Origin: Podarcis pityusensis
Lineage: Eukaryota
Direction: 5' to 3' (one strand)
Length of the DNA: 64,000 bases
NCBI GenBank assembly: GCA_964106645.2
Contig: OZ067039.1
Of this stretch, positions 26,060 to 38,258 are shown in pieces (position 1 is the stretch's first letter; every line of letters starts with the position of its first letter). Below the pieces are notes generated by a model that saw only the letters and a list, made by a program, of their open reading frames with translations, had not been told where the DNA came from and did not search any database. The translations under genes were made by a program, and so were the position numbers.

Positions 26060-26630
26060 TTTTTTTCCATTTTCTCTTCCTTTGGTCTCAGTAGGAGGGA
26101 GAGCAAGTACTCAAACCCAAGGGGTAGTTTACTTAACCCCCCTCATCCAGGGGTCCGTTGGGGTAACCAGATCAAAAGCCTCCCTCAATCTACTCCAGTT
26201 TTATTAAGGATTTTCTTGTTTTACAGAAGTAAGTGTAGTGCCTCGTATTTTTTTTTTCATGTAACGTTTTTACAAATCCGTTTCATTTGTTGAGGCATTA
26301 GGGGGAGAAGAAAAAAAAAGAAAAAAGAAAGGGGGTGGAGAGAGGGAAGATGGATGGGGGTGGGGTCGGGTGACGGTGTTTCTATTATGTTTAATGTATG
26401 TAGAGTTTGGTGTCAGCGTTGCTTATGTTGTTCACTTGTGTTCCTTTGGTGGTGAGAGAGGTTGGGGTTGGCCTAGGGTGTGATTGTTTGCTTGTGATTG
26501 GCTGTGGTGATCTTTGTTTTCGTGTGTGAGTGAGGTGGGTGGGTGTTTTGGATCAGGTTAGCCATATTGATTTGTATGCTGTTGGTGGATTATTGTCATT
26601 GTCCTGTTGGGCTGTGTATGTGCTAGAAGG
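26060..26630 (-). mobile_element. Probable L1/Tx1-type LINE 3' end (last ORF2 codons and 3' UTR)
   Basis: Minus strand ...YTAQQDNDNNPPTAYKSIWLT* followed by a strongly strand-biased UTR ending near a T-run on the + strand. Confidence 0.5.
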
Positions 26631-28799
26631 CTATACCTATTACAAGCCCTGAGAACATAAACTGTTTTTCAAACAATAGTTTCTAGTGGCTAGTGCCAGA
26701 ATCAGGCAATTCTAGCATCTAGCATCTATTCTGTTTTAATGCTTTTTTTTTTTTACAGTGGATGTAGTTCTTTTCCTTCTGGTTTGATTTTTTGACATCT
26801 CCCTCTGGCCCTGTAGCATATTTCCCATCTGTTCATACAGATGGCACATTCCAGCAAAGTCAAAGAAACTGGTGTCCCAACATTCCAATATATTATGCTA
26901 TACTTGTATGGGCATGTTGCAAAATACTGGGGAAAGGAAGCCATTTCAACTTTCTCAGGAAAATTAAAGAAGAAATCCAAATACAGAAAACTGATACTGT
27001 AGCTATATGGCTAACTACCCATCCCACCTGTTTCCTCCCGGTGGCCTTTTGTAACTAACATTAGAACAACAAGACTATCTTGTAAAGGGGCTTCCATTGG
27101 TTAGCCTCAAAGCCAAGCCATTTGTGACTTTCATCCATATTGGGAGTCTTCAGACTGCCTCTAAGCTTCAGTTAGACTCCCTGCCAAGGAGAAATCTGCA
27201 AGAAGACTTCTCCAGGTTTTGTCTCTTTGTAGATAGAGCTGGTATAGTTGGGCAAATGATTAAAAACGCAAGCTGATCTTCCCATTCCATGCTTGGCATT
27301 ATCATAAATATATAATGTGGACTTTGAGCTTTTCAAATAGAAGGACATTGGTAGCAGAAGCTCACACAAGGACTTCTGCTAGCACAAATGGGTTCCCCCC
27401 TCGTCCCCATTGCAATTGACTTGTGGGTGTTATGAGAAGCCCCATAACAGCACAAGGGGGGCGGCGGGGGGAGGAGAAGTGGGATTGTTGTACCCAGCAA
27501 GCTGAAAAGCTTCTGCTTTACAGAATAATTGCTATAGCAGTAAGTAGAATTCCTCCCAGTATAAATACTAAGAGCAGAATTCTAAGCTTGCTTTCTTAGC
27601 TGTCAGACCTGCTGCGTTTAATGGGACTTGGAATGCTTCAAGACAGGTGTTTCTTGTGGGATGGGTGCTTCTCATGCATGACTTTTTTCTTTTTCTTTTT
27701 TTGCGGTATCCACACAACATTGTTGGTACAAAAATGCCAGCCCGTATTCCACCCCCACACTTACACTTTATAAGAAATAAATTAAGTAAGTTTTTTAAAA
27801 AAGAGGAAGTCCTGTGGCCAACAACACATTTGCATTATTAAGCCCCCATATGGAAGTACCCTAATTCTCAAGCAACTGTGTTTGCAGTTGGAGCCTAAGT
27901 GTTATGATTTTCTCCCAAATATGGAATCCCACCAGGATGCAATCTGGTTTTAAAGTTAAGTTTCAGGAGACACTAATCGTCACATAAAGTAGCAATCAGT
28001 TCTCTAATGTTCTTGCATAAAGTTAGTCATCCCTCCTCCTTGATCACACATATTTGCCTCCTGCTGCCTTTAAAAAGGTGGGTTAGAAAACAGATTCCCG
28101 GTTTTCTTCTTCTTCAAACTCTATAAGACAAACCATAGAATGCCCACAGAAGCTCAGTTTCCAAAAACCCACTAGAACTTCATGGGTGACAAATGTTGAC
28201 TCATCATTTAAAACATGCCATAACACCATGGAAGCAAGAATAAGCTTGCTCTTCTGAAACAGTTCACATCACACAGAAGTGAGCATTTTCCTTTCTTTTC
28301 TCCAAGGGGACAAGTTTTTGTATGTAGGCAGTAAAGTTTGAGAGTTTAAAATTAGCGCATTTTATGACAGAACTAAGCATTCTGCAGCAAACAACGGTCT
28401 GGGAATCCAGGCTGTTGTTTCTCTGCAGTAAAGGATTTTTAGGGAACAAGCAGCATCTGGGTGGAAATGCTGAGCTGTTTCCCATCTTTTGTATGACCCC
28501 TCAATGCCACATTGTTCCCAGTCAGGGTTCTGAAATAGAAAACAGCAGGTGAGGGGAGGGTTAAGCATTCTACTTATTGCCACGTCTTCTCTACAAATCT
28601 CTATTCCCCACTCGTAACTTGCTTTACAATAAAAAAGCAAAAACTGAGATCTTAGGGCTGATCCTGACTTCTCTTGTTTAGTGGATCTGTTCTTGTTCAC
28701 TTTTAATTTCCTACCTGGAACCATCTCCAGAAAACCTGTGTTTCTTTGTCCACTCTTGGGTAGTGCTTAGCTTGATTTTTCTGAGTGTATCTGTCTTGC

Positions 28800-29470
28800 A
28801 AAAGGTATTTAAACATACCTTCTCAAAGAAACCAGAGGCCTTTCTCCTGGGCATAGTTGGCCAATTGGTACCAAAGAAGGATAGAACCTTTTTTATGTAT
28901 GCCACAACAGCAGCAAGAATACTCATTGCAAAGTATTGGAAGACACAAGATCTACCCACTCTGGAAGAATGGCAGATGAAGCTGATGGACTATATGGAAC
29001 TGGCAGAAATGACTGGCAGAATCCGAGACCAGGGAGAAGAGTCGGTGGAAGAAGACTGGAAGAAATTTAAAGACTATTTACAGAAATATTGTAAAATTAA
29101 GGAATTTTAGAAGGATGTTGGATAGAAACTAAGTGGTTTCCAGCTGTAATGCTTTAAGAGATACGAAAAATGGTTTATAAATGGGTAAAAGCTTAATGGT
29201 AAGGATTTGCTGAACTAACAAACTGAACTGGAATACAAAAAAGGGAGGTACGTGGAGGTCCGGGGAAATAAGTGTAAGGAAGATATGTTATGGAAAATTA
29301 ACGTGTTTTTAACTGTTTTTATTTTGTATGTTTCTTTTTATTCTTCATTTTTTTGTTATATCTTAAAAACTTTATTCTTTTTTTCTGTATTTTGTATTGT
29401 CTTGTATTTTTATCTTTTGTTTTTGTATTCTTTGAAACTTTAATAAATATCTTTTTTTTTTTAAAAAAAA
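28800..29470 (+). mobile_element. 5'-truncated L1-clade LINE (ORF2 C-terminus, 3' UTR and tail)
   Basis: Open frame ...AARILIAKYWKTQDLPTLEEWQMKLMDYMELAEMT...WKKFKDYL, stop at 29110. AATAAA followed by a T/A tail. Perfect 17-bp TSD gagtgtatctgtcttgc (28783-28799, 29471-29487). Confidence 0.92.
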
Positions 29471-30750
29471 GAGTGTATCTGTCTTGCTCCACCACCATCT
29501 GTGCTTGCCAGGACTCAGAGGGACTGTTCCTAAGAGGGGTGGTTAAGGGTGTTCTAGGTTGTCAGGACTCCTTTTACTCCTCCTCCCATGTTTTTAAGAG
29601 GAGTCCTTAAGGGCACTGTGGGCTTCTGAGTCATTGGTACTTCCTCTTCCCTCTCCCTTCTCTGAAGACACTGGGTCCTTTTATTTTTTAGAGGACCAGT
29701 TTTGTGATTATGCAGAGATGTGATAAAATGAGAACAGAGGTATGAGCTGATTTATTTATTTTTTGACGGGGTCATTTGGAAAAGGAGGGGGGAAACCAGG
29801 CAATAATAACTGGAAGCATGCAGTTCAACCTTTTGGAACTCTAATAAAAACTGGCAGGGGGACAGGTGCATGGAAAGAAAGGGAGGAGAGGAGATGCCTC
29901 ACCTCTAGATACAGGAGAAGCAAAGTATAGATGGGCCCTTAGATTTTAAAAACAACACTTGACAGCTCTGAAATATTCTACCACAGCTGTAATTATGATG
30001 GCCTTCCAACTTCATCATCTTTATACTGATGGAAGCTCAGTTGCTACAAATATACTTTATTTTGATGTGGATATAAGCTGTTTGGAAAACTCACTTGCAA
30101 CACGAAAAGGTCAAAAATTAAAAGATGGTAAGGTGGTGTCTCATGTACAATGTAGATGTTAAAATGAATTCTTACCTTTTAAATGTTTACAATATACTAG
30201 TGCAGGAAAACTAGTATTTCAGAAATATGCTGCAGCAGTGCAGCTAAAGTCAAGAAGGTAAGCAGGGCATTTTTTCAAAGGTTAAGCACATATCTTTCAA
30301 ACACACATGTAATCAAGCACATGTTTTCTGGCAAAAAACCCTGCTGTATTGTCTGTGCTTAAAGTAGCTGACTTTTTCACAAAGGCATACACTAACAGTA
30401 TATGATCCACTTTTCACAGTTCAGTGTTTCCTTGTTAAAAGCTACATGGCTAAGTCTGCTTATCAAGGAATATGTCTGATTGAATTCAGTGAAACTAACT
30501 TTCAGGTAAACATGCACACCACTGGACTGTTCTGTCACATATCAACTCTACCAAAGTTGCATTCCAGAAACCTCCCTTCTCTTCTTTCTTTGTTGCATGT
30601 GTTTGTATAAAACTCAGTATCTCTTAAAGTCTCTTAAAGTACTTAAGACGGGTGGGCAAGTCCAAAATCACCTGGAACTGAAACTATGGAATGCTGGAAA
30701 ATAAAGGAAAAAACAAATCTTAGCTTTAGATATTAAATTATGGCATTTTA

Positions 30751-31131
<381 letters not shown>

Positions 31132-32788
31132 CTACATCTGCCTCCTAAATCGTAAAATAAGAGGTGCACAAATGTTTTGAGTTATAGGATCACCAATGAG
31201 TAGCATGATAAAGTCTTTTAATTATTCTACCTTCTCACATTACAGGCAAAAATCTTGAAATCATAATAGTCAAGTGACCATCCAATAAGTATCCTTTGCT
31301 CATTAAAAGAGACTTTATTTAGTATGATCTGCATTACTTGATTAAAATGTGAAAATGTTAGCTTTGGAAATGTACTTTCAGTTCTCTTTTTCCAGATGTC
31401 AGTGATAAAATTCCTTTATTTACGTAAGCAACTGAAATAACAGTGATAAAATGAGGCATTGTTTCATGAAAGCATCTATCCAGCAGTAAGACAAAGTATT
31501 GTGCCCAAGAAAGACTATTTAATAGTTTTGAATAAATTATAAAATAACAGGTTTGTGATGCACCATGTATTTAGTAACACAACTACTTAAGATTCAGTTG
31601 GTCAGACAAAAACCAAAACCTAGGCAAATTGTCACGTTCATCTAGGTCTCATATAGACAGTATAGAATTGCACTGTCAGCCTGAAGGAACTACTAATCTG
31701 TGATCTTTGAATGAAGAGCAGTTATAAATTATTATTATTATTATTAACAATAACAATAATAGTGTCCTGCTGAAATGAGGTACCTGTAGGAAAGATCTTT
31801 CCTTAACTTATTGGCAGTGTACAAGAACTGCTTGTCAAAATACTCACGGAGACATATTGTACAAGAGCTGGTACAGATAACTTTCCTTTCCTGTTCCCCC
31901 CTTTCAATTGAAGTTGAAATAATTTTATTCATTCAGACACATAACACTAAGGCAATCCAATTATCCTGTTTGTGAGGGTAGGAACAGTTTAGCTTCAGGT
32001 TTCATGGTCATTCCCAAACTTGTAACTGAATATATTTAAGTGCTCCAGTACAGCATATCTAAGGCCAGATGATATTCTTTGCAGCTCTTTGCAACATGTA
32101 TGCAGGACATAATTTCAACCTATGACTGCATGCAGTAATTTACTGCAAATATTTATAAACAATCCAAGCACCAAAGCATTCAACTACCCCTCAGAAATTT
32201 AATACCCGAAGTGCAATGTTTGCAGAGTGAACAAACACACTTTTTATATTCTATTATCAGGGACCATTAATGATTTTTTTCACCAGAGTTTCCTTTTGTC
32301 ACTGGCAGAGGTAAAAAAGGAAGTTGGAAGGTGATGACCTATGCATGTGTACTGAGATCTCCCTTAGGAATGAATTTGCCGCATATACTCTTCAGCTTCC
32401 CTTTAGCCCAGAGCAGAACACTCAGGCATATCCCCATTCATTTCCTTATGCTCAACTCAAAGGCATATGCAGTTTCAATTGAGTAAATTTCAATAAATCA
32501 ACACTGCATCTCAGTCTCTTTCTGTGTGTATATATGTGTATATTTTTAAAAAAAACACACACACCACTATTTGACTTAGCAATCATTCTCATCTCTTTAT
32601 CATAAATTACTGTAATTTTTCTTTCGATTGCAGATAAATAGTTGATCAATCCTTCACTAGAAAGTCCAAAATGCACAAACACTGTCCACCGATCTTACAA
32701 ATTTTCCCTTTAGATAATAAATGGATGATTTTCTGCCATTGACGAGACAACTTCTATAGCGATTTCTACCATTTAAGAAATATATTTT

Positions 32789-33271
32789 AAAAAAATAAAA
32801 ATTGTCTAGCAGCACCTTAGAGACCAACTAAGTTTGTTCTTGGTATGAGCTTTTGTGTGCATGCACACTTCTTCAGATACACTGAAACAGAAGTCACCAG
32901 ACCTTTATATATAGTGAGAGGGTGTGGAGGGGTATTACTCAGAAGGGTGGTAGGAATGGGTGATTGGCTGATAGGTGTGGTAAACCTGTTGATGACTGTT
33001 AACGACTGCAATTGGTCTTACAGGAAAAAGCAAGGGGTGAGATGGCCAAAAATAGCTTTATCATGTACAATGAGATAAGAATCCACTGTCTCTATTCAGA
33101 CCAGGTTTCTCCATAGTTTTAAGTTTGGTAATAAGTTGTAATTCAGCAACTTCTCTTTCCAGTCTATTTCTGTAAAAAAATTTTTTTAATATGACAGCTA
33201 CTTTGAGATCTTGTATAGAATGTCCTGGGAGATTGAAGTATTCTCCTACTGGTTTCTCTGTCTTGTGTCCT
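32789..33271 (-). mobile_element. Penelope-like element 3' fragment (GIY-YIG C-terminus plus pLTR/3' region)
   Basis: Minus strand translates, with one frameshift, to GHKTEKPVGEYFNLPGHSIQDLKVAVI...RLEREVAELQLITKLKTMEKPGLNRDSGFLSH, typical of the PLE endonuclease end. It is followed by a minimal hammerhead motif. Confidence 0.85.
32843..32880 (-). ncRNA. Degenerate minimal (helix III-less) PLE-type hammerhead motif
   Basis: Minus strand GUAU-CUGAAGA-A-GUGUG caug CACAC-AAAA-GCUC-AUAC. The GAAA box reads AAAA (position 32854). Confidence 0.65.
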
Positions 33272-36200
33272 TACATCCCTTCTCCTTCAGGACTGCAAAA
33301 ACAATTCCAGCTGCTTCTTAATTAGCATACCATGTTTTAAAATATGCAAAGCATGATTTTGAAGTACCATTGCCTACCGTGTTGTTATACAAATGTCTTC
33401 AGTTATTAAGAATAATGCTCAAACTATCTGTGGATGAGGTCTGCAGAAGGTAACACTCCAGAGAAAAAGAATAGAAAGTATCAAGAATGGAAACACCACA
33501 TTGAGAATCCTAGACACAAACACACCCCATCGATTGTTTACAAACCTTGTACCTTTAGCAGAGAAAGCAAAAGCAAAACCCTTCGTGGCTAATTGCAGAG
33601 TAAGAAACTTGAACTCTCTAATGGGGGGAAAAGGCTGGATTCTCTTGGCATACTAACATGTATGTAGCATTTTGTGTAGATTTGGCACATATTTTAAATA
33701 GCAAATTCCATGTTATATAACATTTAATGTTATATATGTTATAACATTGTTATATGTATAACATATATAAAATGTTATACATATAACATTTAACAGCAAA
33801 AAAGGTGTTGTTGCTTTTAAAGAAATTTTAATTACAGACACTGTTCAGTTTAAACAATGAAGATATTTATCACTTACTCTTAGCAAATTCATGTTTGCAC
33901 CAGAAACGCCATCAATTCAAACAGGAATGCTCAGTAAGCTATGTGCTGCACAGTGCTGATTTAGCCTGCTGCAAGTTTTGGCATGCAAGAAACAATTTCA
34001 ACTTGCTGATACCCCTAAATTTTATATGAAATAAACTGAAATATGAAGTCAACAGATTTATAGTCAACCTAGACAAAAGACTGATTATGGCAACAGATCA
34101 CTGAAAGAGAAGGAAAATAATGACTGCTGACCACCCACTTACTCTTAACAGGATTAGTATTCTAAACCACATTTTATTTTATTTATTGTAATAATTTGTA
34201 TACGGCTTAACACTTCAGTTTCTAAACAGAGCACAACAGAGATACAGCATAAATTTAATTTAATTTAATTAACCATTAGGTAGACTACTGATGGGGACGT
34301 GTCTCCCCAACATCTTATATATCCTTGGAGACACTCATCATTCCTCCTAACAATGAAAAAATGAGTTACTCAGCTGAGAGTTCTTTCACCCAGTTTCAGC
34401 ACATCAGAACAGCACAGTCTGGGGGAAATGTTGGCAGCAGTTCACCTCAGAACTGCTATTTCCTCTCACAAATGTCTTGTCTTGTAATTATAGATAAAGG
34501 GTAACCGCCTATAGTTATTCATCAGCACACGAAAGCATTCTAAACATGTGCAGAGACACTCTCTTTATTATTTAACATGTTTGGCAAGCTCTGGTGCAAA
34601 TGAGGCACTGGCTAAGGAATAAAGCAGCAATTTAAAATGTCTGGCAGCTGAAGCGATGGCCCAACAATGCATAAAAACCAATTTGGCAGTAACAAGCCAC
34701 AAGTGTACTTAACACAGATAAATGAACATCTAAACTGTACACCAGAGAAGGTCTGCTCTGCGATGTGAGAGCGTTGCATAAGTGACTTTGCAGACTCCTC
34801 AGGAAACTTGGCACAGGCCAATATTTAAAAAGAATGATAGATTGCTGAGTTACTCTCAAATGTGTCTTTGCCAAGCAAAGGAGGCAAGCTGACCTAATTA
34901 TTATATATCAGTTATAATATTGTGCCAAGATCATTTTGGGTAACATTTCAATAGACACATCACAGAGCTGTTCAGTTACTTTAGTGAGCTCAAACACCTT
35001 TCGAAAATAAAAAGGAAATATATAGAGGAGTCTATATAAAGGAAAACAAGGCACTTCCATAAATTCCTTTGGTCATAGCTGTTCTTTACCAAGCCCTCTC
35101 AAAGCTGTAAACTGCAATCCTGAACACATTTACTTGGAACTAATCCTACAAAAAAATCTGTACAACTTATTTCTGCATGAACATAGGTAAGGTTTGTGCT
35201 TTTTCTTAGGATTTTTAGCATATGTTTCTATGGAAGCTGAGCCACACTGAAAGGATAAGTTGTATCTTTCCAGGGTGTTGTGCATATGTCTATAAAGATA
35301 GACATATCTTTATAGTACAGGGTTGAGATATTTGTTCATGAGTTTGCAGCAGTGGTGACTAACATGTCCCTCATATCTTATATCCCCCATCATGATTTTT
35401 TACATTTACATTTTATATTTATGTTTATTTTTAGTGGGGTTTTTTGCAGCTTGGTAGGTAGAGTCTCTCCCCTCCCTTTTAATTTTTTTATTTTTGTTAA
35501 TTAGCACAATTTATTTATATACTGCTTTCAGTCCAAGAACACCTGGCTTGGGCCTTCCATGTTACTCTCCAAATTTATCTTCCTCCCTGGCTAGTCCATT
35601 TCCCTACCAGTCTCATGGACCCAATAACTGCAGGCCACTCAGTGCTGGGAGACCAAACAGTGCAATGGGCTTTGTGGAAGCCTTTCTTCATGATTTTTTT
35701 AAAAAATAATTTATAAAGATTAAGACCCATAGGGCAGATAGGCCCTTAGGCTCCAATCCAGGTACACTCAGTGGGACTTAATTATGAAAAGATACATATG
35801 CTTAAACTCCTAATTGTACAATAGAAGGTATCAATAAAGGTGAAAATATATAGATTCTGCGTCGGTAACAAGCAGTAAAAAATGACAACAGAAGAGTACT
35901 TCCACTTCTATTTTTATAGCCAGTGATTTATGATTTAGTTTGACTGTAAAACCTGGTTGTTTATAATATGTATAATACAAATGCAAAAGAAAAGTAACAA
36001 TCCCAAACTAAATGTAGGTTGTTGAAAAGAGTACACAATGTGTTCTTCTGGAGTTAAAGCTTATAATAAGAACAAATTCATCTTCATCATTATGTGCTGC
36101 TAAACATCAACATCAATCAAGAGACAATTCCATAAGGAGGCACATGCATTCTCTCTCACACGCCTGCACCTCCTTCTGCTAAAGACATCCTGTTGCAAAA

Positions 36201-36459
36201 GGTGGGGCTCTGAACACTGCAAACAAGCATGCTAGTATTTACGAAAAGGAAAAAAAGAAACGCTGTAAATTGGAAGTAAGAACTACTAAGTGAGTTCCAT
36301 TTCGTGCCCACATGCCTTTTCTCAAAAAAAATTATTTCGCTCCATAAAGCTCATACCAGTTTCTTTTAATATTATCTTTTTTATATAGTCTCATCCCACA
36401 AAATGAACAGTCATGCTTGTAAAGATCAAGAGAGAGGATCCTATTCAAAATCTACTAAG

Positions 36460-36845
36460 TATGGGGAAATGAAAAGGTATTCACTCGGTGCTGAAAGAAT
36501 ATTTAACTCCGTACCAGGTAAAGGCCCCTCAGGAGTAGGTGCCACAACACAAATATCCGATCTAGGGTCTCCACCCTCCTCATCTCCAATGAGAGGAAAG
36601 AGGAAGAGGAAGAAGACCCTCTGATAATATTATACTATGTGGGAAGGCTCATTCAGAAAAAGGTGGTCCCTTAAGTATCCTGGTCCCAAAACATCTAAAG
36701 GAATAAAAATTAAGAAGAACATTTTAATTTTTGCTCAGAAGCAGACCAGGTTCCAGTGAAGTTGCTTTAAAACTGGTGGAATATGTTACTAATTATTGGT
36801 CATGGTCAGCAATCTGGCTGATGCATTTTGAATTAAGTGGAGTTT
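36460..36845 (-). mobile_element. Old L2 LINE ORF2 fragment
   Basis: Minus strand resembles LIQNASARLL...HIPPVLKQLHW, the L2 C-terminal region. Confidence 0.6.
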
Positions 36846-37680
36846 TATTTTCACCCACCAACCGTATATCCACCTTATTGATTTTAGACATCAGTTCAAT
36901 ATTTCAAACATACATTCTTAAGTGTTTCTTTAAATAAGAGTTTATTTTATTTTATTTCTATTGCATTGTTTTCAATACGTTTCACTGATTTTGTATTTTT
37001 TAATATAGTTTTCATTCACATTATAAACTACTTCAAGCTTTGGAGAAGGAACACACAAATAAGTAAGTAAACAAACATAGACCACTGCTGTCATAAATGG
37101 TTGGAGCAGCTTCATAAAGGCAGTTATGGCTGCTAATTTCCTTCCGAATTGCTTGCAAAAGGGTATGCTATGACAAATGTATAATAGCAACTACCAAGCA
37201 TTTTTATTTGTATATATATCCATTTTCTAGGGATTCGGGTTACAATATAACAAGACATCTCTTCTGATTGTCCAGCTAATAAACACAACTGTCTCACAAC
37301 CAGTGGTAAGCAAACAAATGACAATTGCAAAGCTGAAGAGAGAGAGTGGGGGCGGGGCGGGCGGGGGATGTTATTTTGAAGCTAGGATGTTCCTCAGAAG
37401 CTTCAGCCTTAATAACCAAAAAGCTGTGTGCTGAGGGCTACTTCTCTAGTTACTACTTAAGTCAAATCCAATAAAAGTTAATGGGGGATTGCTGGCCTAA
37501 AACAAATCAGCAATGCAGTGCTGTTGCAAAACAGGAAAAATGCTATATGGCAAATCTGAGTTCACTGCAATGTAACCCAGATCTACCTTTTTCTGCAGTC
37601 CAAGGAAATAGATGTACTTGCTAAAGCAAACAGCAGCGCAGCAACAACAACTGTGGTATATAGCCACGTTTTCATAGAAC

Positions 37681-37868
37681 CATAGCTGGCAACTTTCAGA
37701 TTTGAAAATAAGGGATCAGCAGCCTCAAAAATAAGGGATCAGCAGCCTCACCTGTCCTGGGGACAGTCTACAGGATATCTAACAATCTGGGATAGCAGCG
37801 GGAAGCAACGGGAAACGGCACTGGAATAAGGGAATTTCCCGCAAAAAAGGGGAAGGTTGACAGCTATG
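37681..37868. mobile_element. hAT-superfamily MITE (188 bp)
   Basis: TIRs catagctggcaac / gttgacagctatg. Perfect 8-bp TSD catagaac (37673-37680, 37869-37876). Internal 23-bp tandem duplication at 37705-37750. Confidence 0.88.
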
Positions 37869-38095
37869 CATAGAACTGTAGAGTTGGAAAGGACCTGGGG
37901 GTCATCTTGTCCAAACCCCTGCAATGCAGGAATCTCAACTAATGCATCCAAGAGATATGGCCACCCAAAGCTCAGCTTAAAATGAAGTAGAGTCCACCAC
38001 CTTCCAAGGGAGTCCTCTCCACTGTCAAAAAAGCTCTTACCATCAGAAAGTTCTTCCTGATGTTTAGTTGAAACAAATAACATGCTTTTGAATTG
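37869..38095 (-). mobile_element. CR1 LINE 3' end
   Basis: catagaactgtagagttggaaaggacctgggggtcatcttgtccaaacccctgcaatgcaggaatc ... tcagaaagttcttcctgatgttta; homologous to the start of the 9903 copy. Confidence 0.8.
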
Positions 38096-38236
38096 TTGAC
38101 GGTGATAATGATTTTCTATATTTTTCTGTACAGTATTGGTATTCATCTGGTGGATCAATGTCCTCAAATGGGTTGTTGCCCTGACCTAAGACATACTGCA
38201 GCACCACTGTATTTTATTTGGCTCAGGGTGTATATA

Positions 38237-38258
38237 TGTGTGTGTGTGTGTGTGTGTG
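38237..38258 (+). repeat. (TG)n microsatellite
   Basis: Read directly from the sequence. Confidence 0.9.
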
